The notes under the pieces were generated by a model that was not told the DNA's origin, searched no databases, and saw nothing but the letters and a program-made list of their open reading frames with translations. From Octopus bimaculoides (lineage: Eukaryota), in the NCBI RefSeq assembly GCF_001194135.2, contig NC_068985.1, positions 91,503,828-91,567,542 of the forward strand: a stretch of 63,715 bases of DNA. The letters are read 5' to 3'. Both the position numbers and the translations under genes were made by a program. Below, in pieces: positions 1 to 11,335 of the stretch (its first letter is position 1; every line of letters starts with the position of its first letter).

Positions 1-801
1 AGTCTTATTATTAATTTATTATATATTAGAATTTAAATTTTATTGATATGTTTTATAAGATAGCTATAGGTTTTTGTTCTTTTATGTTGTTAGTTATATA
101 AATTTTAAATTTTTCATTCATGTTTTTAAGTATTATTATTTCATTCATGTTTTCGTATTCTATTCTCTATTGTAACGTAGTATTTTCGCGCGACCTCTTG
201 CTTAAAACGCTATAGCTATTAGATAACGTCTTAGTTTCAGTTTGAATTACGGAGAAATATGGATAAGTACTGTTTTTACTTTGCTAAAGATTTTCTACTA
301 TTTGAAAATAATATGTATTCTTGTTTTTTATATTATTCATTTGGTTCTTTATAGATTATTTTTAATAGATAACTTATTTATCACTAAATTATTTAGAAGT
401 TATAGTTTCATTTCTACATAATATGAGAACTTCGATTTGAATAGTGTTGTTATATTTTCGATTATTTTTGATTGATAATATTTGATTAATAATTAGTCTT
501 TATTGTTTATAAGATCGTTAAAGGTTTTTTTTCTTTTTATTAAACTTTGTATATATATATATATAAAGTTTAATCTTTTATCCTTAATAATTTTTTTCTT
601 TCCTAATTTTTTCACTCAAAATCTTTTCATTCATAATTTTTTCATTCATATTTTTATTGTTACGTTTATAGAAATAAATATTCTCGTATTTTTATATTAT
701 TCAATTGATTTTTAATGATAATTAAATAAACGTTTTTAGCTTTAAATAGTATAGCTTTAACTATTACACCAGTTAAATATGTACTAATTTTATCTTCATT
801 A

Positions 802-1500
802 TTATTTTAAACTTAATTGGTAGAGGGAAAAAATTCTGATGCCTGGACTTTTGTTATTGGCGCAAATGTCGATGAATTGGTTGAATGCTATGTTTCTGTT
901 TTGGGGAATTTTGATCTGGGATCTGTGCAGAGCCATCCTTTGAGATAAACTGCTTTTTGTTTGGTCTATGTATTGCTCTTGACACCCAGAGAAGGTTAGT
1001 CCGTATATCAGGTTCTCCAAACCACATGTGAAACTGCTTTTGACTGTGAAACGTTGTCACAAGCGTATTCGGACTTGTGCTAGGAAACTTTTCATAGATC
1101 TGGGTTGTCTCTTGCTTTTTATGATGGTGTGTGTTTGGAGGATTAAGTTCATTTTGTGGTTCTTTTTTAGCAGGGGAATGTTTTGAAGGATGGTGTCGAA
1201 GGGTTCATTATTAAGAGGGTTGTGTGTGGAGATGTAGGGCTTTTTGTTGTAAATCCTCCTTTAATTTGTGATATCTGAGTTTGTGGATGTTGAGTTGTCG
1301 GGTAAGTTTAAAGCATATGTCAATTAGTGAAGGTGAGTAGTTCCTGGTGATGAGTGTATCCTTTGGTTCATGTATTCGTGTGTTTCTGCTGGCTGCAGCA
1401 TGAACTACAGTACATATCCTTTTTGTTAAGGGGATTTTCATTCTGGTGTGTCTGGGGTGGCATGAGTTGAACGGTAGATATTGCTTGGAGTCCGTGGATT
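802..1500 (-). mobile_element. Penelope-like retroelement remnant (RT thumb/linker plus GIY-YIG endonuclease), frameshifted
   Basis: ORF 802-1020 reads ENLIYGLTFSGCQEQYIDQTKSSLSQRMALHRSQI, a GIY-YIG pattern (IY...YI[G>D]QT...R...H). ORF 1211-1441 reads KIPLTKRICTVV...RIHEPKDTLITRNYSPSLID, typical of the PLE post-RT region. Confidence 0.8.
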
Positions 1501-1505
1501 TAAAC

Positions 1506-1558
<53 letters not shown>
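1506..1558. repeat. (TA)n microsatellite
   Basis: Direct reading of the sequence. Confidence 0.95.
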
Positions 1559-1561
<3 letters not shown>

Positions 1562-2111
1562 ATCAATATTAATCTGCCTAAGTGTAGAACATTATCAAGC
1601 GTTGCTTTTATATTCTCTGAGATAGAGACAGAATGCCTATAACACAACGAAATCTCTCCACAGTGAAATGAGACAGATATATTCCAAATACTCACAAATC
1701 TATGCTTCTAACAAACAATGCACTGCTTATTTTATCCAATCTACAACGCCGCTAAATTAAGGTAACATCACTCAATTAAGCCTGCAGAAGAGAACCAATG
1801 GAAGCACATATTAAAACGAGATTCTACTGAATCTATTTAATACCCGGTTATCTTGTTCACAGGCAATGTCAATCAGTAACGATGAATACACACACAAACA
1901 CACTCGCACACAAACTCATATAAATACATATAGTTTCACAATTGCTAGGATGCCGAATATTCTAAGTCACCCTCAACCTTCTTATTGCTAACAAATAAAA
2001 TCATGTATTCTACAAACGTTATTGAGTAATTGATTAGTAGTATGTGAAGTTTCTTTTGTAAATAACTTGACGTCCAGAAACAGAAGCACTGATTATTAAG
2101 CTTACGTATAA

Positions 2112-2331
2112 AGTCGGCGAGCTGGCAGAAACGTTAGCACGCCGGGCGAAATGCTTCGCAGTATTTCGTCTGTTTTCCGGGTCTAGGTTCAAATTCCACC
2201 GAGGTCGACTATGCCTTTCATCCATTTGGGGACGATAAATTATTAAGTACCTTTTGCATACTGGTGTCGATCTGATCGACTGAACCCCCATCCCCCCCAA
2301 AATATGTATTTGTGCTTATAGTAGAAACGAT
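2112..2331 (+). mobile_element. tRNA-derived SINE, family A
   Basis: Starts GGCGAGCTGGCAGAAACGTTAGCACGCCGGGCGAAATGCTT, has a B-box-like GGTTCAAATTCC, and has homologous copies at 7400, 40550, 41916, 53295 and 59385. Confidence 0.85.
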
Positions 2332-2364
2332 CCTGTATACGTGTACCATTAATTTATGTATAAT

Positions 2365-2373
2365 GTATATATA

Positions 2374-2405
<32 letters not shown>

Positions 2406-2468
2406 CGCACACATACACACGCACACACACACACACACACACACAGATATATATGTATATGCATACAT

Positions 2469-2525
<57 letters not shown>
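2365..2525. repeat. Compound (TA)n/(CA)n microsatellite
   Basis: Direct reading; explains the IYIY/THTH ORFs. Confidence 0.95.
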
Positions 2526-2527
<2 letters not shown>

Positions 2528-2819
2528 ATATTAAAATAAGTAATTCCGAAAGTCTTTGCACAAGCTCTCAAATGATTTAAATTAGGAATAAAAGCTGCCG
2601 TTAAAAGAACACTTTTTTGTTCCTCAAGAAAAATCTTTAAACCAAACAGTACCCTCATTATATTATAGAGGGTTACATTTTACAATTTATATGCCTCCTT
2701 TTTTCTAGAACATCTTGATACATTGGTGTAAAAGCAATGGCGTTGGAAAGCATAAAATATGAAACATATAGCTGAGCACTAGTAGTCATCTCAATATTTG
2801 AAAAACGTTAACTGTTTTA

Positions 2820-2981
2820 TTATGATTCGCGACGGCCCTGAAACTGTAAATATCCAGTGTTCAATGTACTGTGAACACTGTAAAGATTGTTAGACGTGAC
2901 GTAATCAGCTGCAACTTGGAAAACGCAGCTGTGGCCAGCCAGTAACAAGATACACAGCAGGCATTCAGACTGCGTCAGCAT
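2820..2981 (-). CDS. Tentative 53-aa secreted peptide precursor (signal-like N-terminus, C-terminal G-R-R)
   Basis: MLTQSECLLCILLLAGHSCVFQVAA-DYVTSNNLYSVHSTLNTGYLQFQ-GRR-ES*. An upstream acceptor-like ctttacacag| precedes 3032, AATAAA lies at 2816-2821, and the stretch looks more GC-rich than its flanks. No recognised homology. Confidence 0.25.
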   Translation of the reverse strand: MLTQSECLLCILLLAGHSCVFQVAADYVTSNNLYSVHSTLNTGYLQFQGRRES

Positions 2982-4544
2982 GCTAGGCTTCTTCCCATCA
3001 TCTTTAAAGAGGACTAAGTTCGATTTAGTCACCTGTGTAAAGCTACTGGAAACTAGTCGATTATTGGTTGGAGAAAGTTGCTTCTGGGAGAGAGTTATGA
3101 CAGCATTGTTATGACAGCATCATTCGATATCCTCTAAAAATCTTTAGTGCTTTTCCTTTCTTAAACACCACTAGTATCACTTAGGTAGATGCACTGGTAA
3201 CTTACGTACTAATATTGCATATGAATGAATATATTAATAACTCGATTTATGCAGCTGTGGATTATAAATAAATCCAATAATGTTTTGGCGTCTCTGTATG
3301 CAGTTATATACGAATACATGTCCATACAGAGTTTCTGTACACAAACGTTTTGTGTGAACGTCCTTGTATGCAAAACGTAGATCCTTTATTTCTCCACTTT
3401 AAACAAATTGGAAATATCATGACCATCTCTTGATATAACATCGATTATGCTCAGGGAATTTTGTCTGAAATTAGTTTAATAATTTAAGAGTTTAATAATT
3501 AAAAATGTTTCTGCAAAATCATTTTAATAAAGGTGAAAATAATTTTAATGTATCGTGGACGTAAAAGTCGTTTTGTAATAGATGCTAGGAAGTTTTAGAG
3601 CCACATGTTAAACTACAAACTTTGAGTAGTAAGTCATGAAACAAATCGTTGATAAGAATTTTACTATACTATATATACACATGTCTCCATCTTAAATTTT
3701 TGAATTTTAAAATTTAATATTTTATAAGTATTTATAATATGACATACTAAAACATATATACGAAATTATGATATATCATGACTTTAACATATTCTACTGA
3801 TATATCAGTAAAGAAAAAATGAAACAATATTGCTTCCAAAGCTTTCACTATTTGTATGCTCTTTTGAATAATTCAACTTGTCCATTCGGTTTTATGTACA
3901 TTATATTGTTTACAGCTCGCCTAATGGTTTCGTATTGAAAGGATAATAATCATTTTATCTTTCTGTCATATCAATTCTTTATACATTAATATATTGCAAA
4001 CGTACTATATACAAAGAAAACTAGTGCTTAAATAGGCTTTTGGTCTTTCATATTAAATTCACAGAATATTCACGTGCAATGCACACACCAAATCGTAACA
4101 TCATCAAAATACTTTAAAACATTTAAACACAATTTTATAGTTTACACGTAAGCAGAAAATTTATTGAATGTTTATTTTTTTTTATTTACATTATTAAGAC
4201 TGACTCGAAATGTGGAGAAGAAATACCGTGAGTTTTTGTGAATGTATATGTGTGTGTGTGTGTGTTTGTGTGTGTATGTGTTTGTGTGTGTGTGTGTGCG
4301 TGTTTATGAGAGGTATTGGTATCCAGAATACCCTAGGCGTCTGGTAATGCTGTGTAAATGCCTTCAAATTTTACCACAAATTTAAATGCTACCTAAATAA
4401 CCATACAGCACATATGCCGAATACCCCTTTGGTAATCCACAACAATCCTTCTTAACTGTCCATTAATTTTTTTTTTTTTATCTTTTAACACTTCAATCAT
4501 ATTTTAATTGTTTAATATCACATATATGGAGATACATATTCGTA

Positions 4545-4792
4545 CGTATGCGGAAGCATGTGTGTATGTTTATTAATATATATGTGTGTGCGCGCGCGTG
4601 TTTGTGTGTGCGTGTGCATGTATGCGTGTATATGTATGCACGTCTATGCGTCTATGCATATATTCATGGGTATGCGCGTGTGTGTATATATATATGTGTG
4701 TGCGCGTGTACGTATATATACATGGATAAATATGCATGCGTATGCATGCATGCGTATCTATGTATTTGTATATGTATGTGTATATGTGTGCG

Positions 4793-4836
<44 letters not shown>

Positions 4837-4900
4837 TGTGTGTGTGTGTGTGTATGTATATGTGTGTGTATATGTGTGTGTATATATTTATATATATATG
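4545..4900. repeat. Degenerate (TG)/(TA)/(CG) purine-pyrimidine alternating array
   Basis: Direct reading. Confidence 0.9.
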
Positions 4901-5089
4901 CATGCCGGCGTATAGGTTTAAATACACAAGTACCCAGGTCTATATGTTACTGCATCCACACGCATATATATTTACGTTTGCGCACGTGCATATATAAATA
5001 TAAACCTCTTTCTTTCTTTATCTCTGATTCCTATACCCACACTATCACATTAGCCACTATAATAAAGACATATGTCTATTTATAGAAAC

Positions 5090-5700
5090 TTAACCATTCT
5101 TAGTATTCTTTCCCTCCGTTTTAAGGTTTACTTCTTACTTTAGAAACCCCTCCTTTTCCTATTCCCATCTCTTAGTGCCATTCTAACATATCACCCAACC
5201 TCACACACCTCCCGGATATCCATTATTTACGGTCTTATCTCTTCCTACCCCTCCGCTACTCTTCTCCCACTGACCCCATTGTATCTTGACCACCATATAA
5301 CACTCCCTTTTTCACATTTTTTCACTATCTTTTACTCGTTTTCTTTTATCTCGATTTTTTCTCATTTTTGTTCTTCTTTTCATTTCCTCTTCTTTTTTTT
5401 CTTTCCTTCTTTTCTCACCTTTTTCCTTTAACCTCACTCCTCATTTACACATACACATATCTTTTCTAGTTGAAGAAATGTAATCCACTATCGAATATGA
5501 TAATGCAGGCCCACATTTAGCGAAGATAACCAAATTAAAGGTGATTTCATTCGGGTAGTACACTTCACCTCAGCCTCTCTTTTCATCAAACTTTACACTT
5601 TCATATTTTTTATTCACCGGGTCACTCGAACACATTATTAGTTCAAAAACATTCAGAAGCAGAGGCAATGTCGAAACAGTACTCGGAAGATTTTCCCTAC
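5090..5700 (+). mobile_element. Possible Penelope-like 3' terminal remnant
   Basis: A pyrimidine-rich tract like 13900-14200, followed by a degenerate CAGAAG...GGCAATGTCGAAACAG terminal motif at about 5655-5680. Confidence 0.25.
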
Positions 5701-7276
5701 GAAAAGTAGTTCCTTTTCCCCGAGGAAACGTAACTTCTTTGTGTTATGGCGATAATATTTTTAATGAATTAATATAGTAACGATAAATTTTATGTTGATT
5801 GGAAGACATCTCGAGAAACGTAGAATAACATTTTGTAACCCTTAATTCGGATGACATATCCAACAGCAGGAACAATTTTATAATATTTGTCTATTTTATT
5901 TTAGATAAATCCCAATAACGTGCATAAGATCAGTAACAGCTAAAACATGCAATGAGAATGAGTTTACTAACGAACAGCAAACCTAGGGAGAAATAATTCA
6001 GATATATGTTGAAAGAAGCGTACATAAATGGTTAAACAGATAATATTGCCATAACGAAATAATATACATGAGTAATCCATTATGTCACAAAGAATGGGGA
6101 AATACGAAATTATTTATGGAAGATACAGTATGGGGGTATATAATAATGAGGGAAAGAACAAGCGTACACATAAGTAATGAAATAAGTTATTTAGGACGAA
6201 GTTTATATCAGCAATGGAAAGCGATGTCTCACATTAGCTCAATATATATTTGAAAATGATTTTATATGTTTCTGTTATGTGCCGAAGCTAAATATTATAT
6301 GAAGATTATCATATTTTACTTAAAATATGAAGGTGTGCGCTTTGACTCATTCACCTGTACAATTTCTGATTTCGTATAGTGAACGTACATAGCTAATATA
6401 TGAAGTTATGATACTGTATACCTAAAATATGTTTACTTTTTAAAGAAAAACTACTGGAGTTTTGATTACATGATTAACGATTTATTTCGCTAATTACAGT
6501 AGATTGTAATCTTAAGCACATTCAAGCCACAATGCTTATGATGCTCTATTCTCCTACACTATATTTGTTTCTTTTTTTCAAACCTCCTTGATTATTTTAT
6601 AGTAACATATTATAACATTTAATAGTATTTTTATCAACCCCCAATACCTAAAGTTCTGTCAATAAGATCAGATTCAATTCAAGCAGTGTTAATGTCTTAT
6701 TTTCAGTTTGCGTTATGTGTAAGTTCATCTATTGAATTTTTTTTCAATATGAAATATTTGACTCGCTTGAAAAGAATAAACTGGAGAACATTGGAAGAAT
6801 GGTTTAGTGCAGATTCAAAAATTCAAATTCTGATGATTTCAAATTAAATTCTTATCCATCAGTGGTTAATGAAATATAATTCCAACAAATGTGAAAGTTT
6901 CATCCATCTATACCCATATACCGTCCATGTGTATATTCTTCTGTATATCAGTGTAAGAGATATAGTTATAGTCATTCTCGGCTGACGGATTCCAGACATG
7001 CTCCAATGAATCAATTCTTCTATTAGATATTCAGGAGCCATTACGTGGTGTGTATACCCTGCAGCAGTTGACTTAGTCGTAGGAAGCATACTCCAGGTGT
7101 CGGTTAAATATGTTTACTTAAGGCTGGTAAATTAGCTGTTGGAAGTTATCTCGGGTTTATCGAATGAAACAAATAAACGCATCAAAATTGTGTGGCCTAA
7201 ATAACTAGAAATGTTAACTTGGCACAACTACAATTCAATATTAAGTTATTATTATATACTGACTTCAGATCTTACA

Positions 7277-7287
7277 CAGGTAAGTAT
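7277..7287 (+). promoter_or_regulatory. Perfect U1-complementary 5' splice site CAG|GTAAGTAT
   Basis: Sequence tactgacttcagatcttacacag|gtaagtat, with a branch-like ACTGAC about 17 nt upstream of the junction. Confidence 0.4.
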
Positions 7288-7399
7288 TTTTTTCGCCCAT
7301 CCAGGGTATAAAATATAAAGCAGACGTCAAGTAATTGAGAGGATTTATTCAACTAATATGTCCCATTTCAGTTTGTAGTAATATTAGTTTCAAATGTTT

Positions 7400-7599
7400 A
7401 CACAAGGCCAGTAACTTTGGGACAGTTGGTAAGTCGATTACATCGACCCCAGAACTAAACTAGTACTTATTTTATGGACACCGAAAGGATGAAAGTAAAG
7501 TCGACCATGTGAAATTAGAAGTCAGAAATTAAAGACGGACGAAACGCTGCTAAGCATTTTGCCCGGCGTGCTACCGATTGTGACAGCTCGTTGCCTTCA
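7400..7599 (-). mobile_element. tRNA-derived SINE, family A
   Basis: Reverse-complement homolog of 2112-2331 (atcgaccccag...gaaaggatgaaag...gctaagcattttgcccggcgtgct). Confidence 0.85.
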
Positions 7600-9089
7600 T
7601 TTTGTAGCAATATTACAAACAATTAATGCTGTTTTCAGTAATGATTTGAAATGAAATAAAGAAGCGCACAAATAAATTGCGGCTGGATACAAATAATAAT
7701 GTTGAACACGATTTTTGTCCTTCGGTTGCACCTGTCGTTTTCTATTTGCTTATCGCTAGAACGTATGAAGAACGGCAAATATGTTCTTCAAAGTTTGCAT
7801 TTGTTACATATATTGAAATCCCACAGAATCCCTTTCAACAAATAGCGATGATGTTGTCCAGCTACTTTTGATCTTGATCGCAGACGCACATATTGTCGGC
7901 CACTAAGGGACATGCTCAACTGGTTAAGGCCAAGCAACTGACAAGCAAACTCTGATATTGCGTAGAATATTTGTTATAACATTTCTGCAACAGCAACTCG
8001 ATGTGTCCGAAATGCAATGGAAAATAGATGAGCTTCAAAACTTTAATGTCCGGGTGACGAAATCAAATCTCGAAGGTAATAGCAGTCACCTCTTTTGATA
8101 TCTATTTTGAAGTAAATAGGAAATAACGATTACTGACGAGAAACAAAAAAAATATTTACATAGTGTAAATAACTAGTGTATTCGTTTACCCACGCGCACC
8201 CAATTAGAATATACGTTTGCAAGTGTAAGAAAATGCGGGATTTTTATATGCGGGACAGAGGTAAAATCTAAAAAAATGAGTTGATAAAACATACGAAGAA
8301 ACAACTCAGACAACACCAAAGCTAAATCAATGGGATAATGTTTAGAATGAAGCTCTAAGGAAACTGTGAATGGGGCATAAAGCCTCAGGGTAAATGAGCA
8401 CTGACTTTATTTGAAATGAAGATATTGTATATATATATAGGGATATTAACACATATACGCGTGGGTGGACAAGCAAAATAAGGGCACTCGACACATTTAT
8501 TGTTATCTACGTATATGGATCAAAAGGATTTGATTAAAATTTCCATAGTACTTCGAGTTTCAAAATGTGACGCTATTCCTCATCCACTGGAAAAAGGAAT
8601 TTGCAATGGCTGAGGGTTACCATCACGCTTTGAAACTTGAAGTGCCACGGAATTCAAATCTCACAGTGTTGATTGATATGTATAGGTGTGTACTGTGCGA
8701 CGACGAAGAAAGATATGTCGCTGATAATCAAATCGTAGAACCAGATATGGCGACCACCGAAAACAGCAATACAAACAACAACAGGAATAACTTTTGCAAA
8801 GTAATCAGAGCAGCAGTAGTTATGATAGCAGAAGCAACATAATCAGGAGTCGCATTTAGATACAACAACACCAGCAGCGGCAGCAATGAAAATAACGACA
8901 TGAAAGGCAATGAACGGAGCTATACCACTGATAACAGCGGGATCTGTGGCAAAAGAATTAACGACACCACCAATACGACCAATGGCAAATAAACTTTCGC
9001 TAGAATTGTGTCCACAAAAATGCTATATATTCTTAACCGACAAGTTGCCATAATTAAAAGGCGCTGTTCAGTTTAGGAAGACGGTGAGG

Positions 9090-9300
9090 TCAGGACCATA
9101 CTTAAGGCTGAAATCCTCGCATTACAACATTCAGTAGTTCACCACCAAAGAGAGGATTTGATTTCATCTCTAATAATTTAGGGAGAGAACTAAAGCTTAA
9201 TACTGGGATCCCACCAGATGTAGATCTCTTGTTGATTTTGCACACGTAGTGATGGAAGGGTCACATAATAGATCTGCTTTGAAGCCACACTGGTAGTCCT
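9090..9300 (+). mobile_element. Possible highly decayed Ty3/Gypsy gag remnant
   Basis: Frameshifted translation ILKAEIL...LGER...RCRSLVD loosely resembles the gag motif LKAEI...LGDRKPSQLLRRMRSLVG of invertebrate Gypsy elements. Confidence 0.25.
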
Positions 9301-11124
9301 TCTCCATTTAAGGATCGAGCAACTGCTAGAACCGTATCTCCCTACTGAATAGGCAAAAAGTTAGTTATTTTGAAGGGCAGACGAGCGTGTTGGCAAATCC
9401 ATGGAACGACTTAGAGTCTTCTGTCTACGCAACCAAGGCAGGAAAGGGAGAAAGGGAGACGGGGAGTCCCACTGCTGCCACAGCCTCGCTGAAGCAACGA
9501 CAAAGGCTATAACCGCCACTGCAAAAACTATTCAAATAGCAACAATAATAGTGCGGACATCGACTCGTCATCAATAGCAGCTAAAGTTGTGGAAGATAAT
9601 GACTACAAATACATAATCTCAACCCATCCCCTGTCTCCAACCTCAATCCCTTTTGTATGCTCCTTTCCAGCCCTGCGATATGCGCAATGACGCATATACA
9701 CATGAAAACATGACCTTCTGACTGAAGGATTGACAATGAAAAAAGTGCTGAGAGATGTAAATAGTTGATGAATAATCGAATACAACAGGAAAAACACGAA
9801 ACATCAACTCCACATCAAACATTTAGAAGTGTTAAATTGACACCAGCCCTACGACCATTTGTACAAATAACCAGGAAACAAAACGACGGACACAGAGAAA
9901 GAAAATTAATAAAACAGATTGCTTGCAGGAATACCGTTAAGGTAGGTGACTGCTTTTCCATCCATTCTTTATTGTCGATAGCATAGATGCAGATTTCTTA
10001 TGGTTATTTATAAAGCAGGACAGCTTGCTCGGTAACATTACTTGTTATAGATATCTAGCCCATTCTCGGTGACTGTAAACCTTGCATCTCCGAGCCGTGG
10101 TTGAATGAGTGATGGTATTAAAATGTTGTTTCGGAAGAGCGTGGATTTCGAGATTTGAGAATCCTCCTCCTCCAGAGAGAAACTGACAGGACCAAGTACA
10201 AAAACTATCTACTTTGCGAACTGTGTATCTCTAGTATTTGCTTCAATCTCCACTACTATCGTTACCGATAGAAGTAAACACAATAGTATCGCAATTTTTA
10301 TTATTCCCTGACTTATTCGAAGCCTTCCCGTTTTTAATACATCGATGTCCCAGTTATTCTCCGAATTTGTTGGGTCTTTTTTTTCACTTCGGCCTTATGT
10401 AGGCTGCATGCTTGTTTATATTGGAAGGAGATCATTATTGATTGACTAACATATACTGAGATGAGCCTCAAGACACTTGAAAATTTATTCAAAATCCCTC
10501 AAAGTGGTAAATTAAAAGTAATTGAACCATTTGAATTTAAATGTAGAGACGTCGTTAGTGTTGTTGAAAATATCAATTTTCTCATATTTATTTATATTTC
10601 ATGTTCATATTGAAGAACCATTAAAATACAGAATACATCTTGAAAAATCGAGTAGGAGCGTAATATTATGTAACTGCTTAAGGTTTCAAAATAAAGTACT
10701 TTTATGGGCATCCAATAAAATATGAGTATATTCTCATAAATATGTAGATATAAGCATATGAAATATCTCAAGTAGAGCTTCCTTGTATGATGTCATTGTA
10801 AATGGGACAACGTAATAATAAAACGACAGATTTGTTTTTTACAAAAATATAAAGCAATTTCAATTATTTTTACTGGTGGCATTTAAAAGTCGATATTTAT
10901 ACTGAAAATATCTGCAACATAATTTAAAGACAATTAAATATATAAAAATAATTCGATGTATATCCTAGAGAAAGGTTACCCTCTTAGTATATTGTAATAC
11001 ACCCAGACTACAGTTTACGAAATTAAACATATTACATATAAAATGCATAGCTTCATTATGACAATGGTTAATTGAAGCAAGGAACATTTTAAAATCCTAG
11101 GAATTAACGTAACCAGAATGGATT

Positions 11125-11129
11125 GATAA

Positions 11130-11226
<97 letters not shown>

Positions 11227-11246
11227 GAGATAGATAGATAGGTAGG

Positions 11247-11335
<89 letters not shown>
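11125..11335. repeat. (ATAG)n tetranucleotide microsatellite
   Basis: Direct reading. Confidence 0.97.

Noticed and set aside
2218-2658. Long ORFs reading [18 protein letters not shown] (also near 4.5, 11.0, 24.7, 33.9, 41.6, 47.4, 58.7 and 60.3 kb)
   Set aside because: Translations of stop-free microsatellites.
8760-8995. Low-complexity CAA/CAG-rich tract giving overlapping ORFs
   Set aside because: Decayed trinucleotide repeats, with stops in the plus frame.
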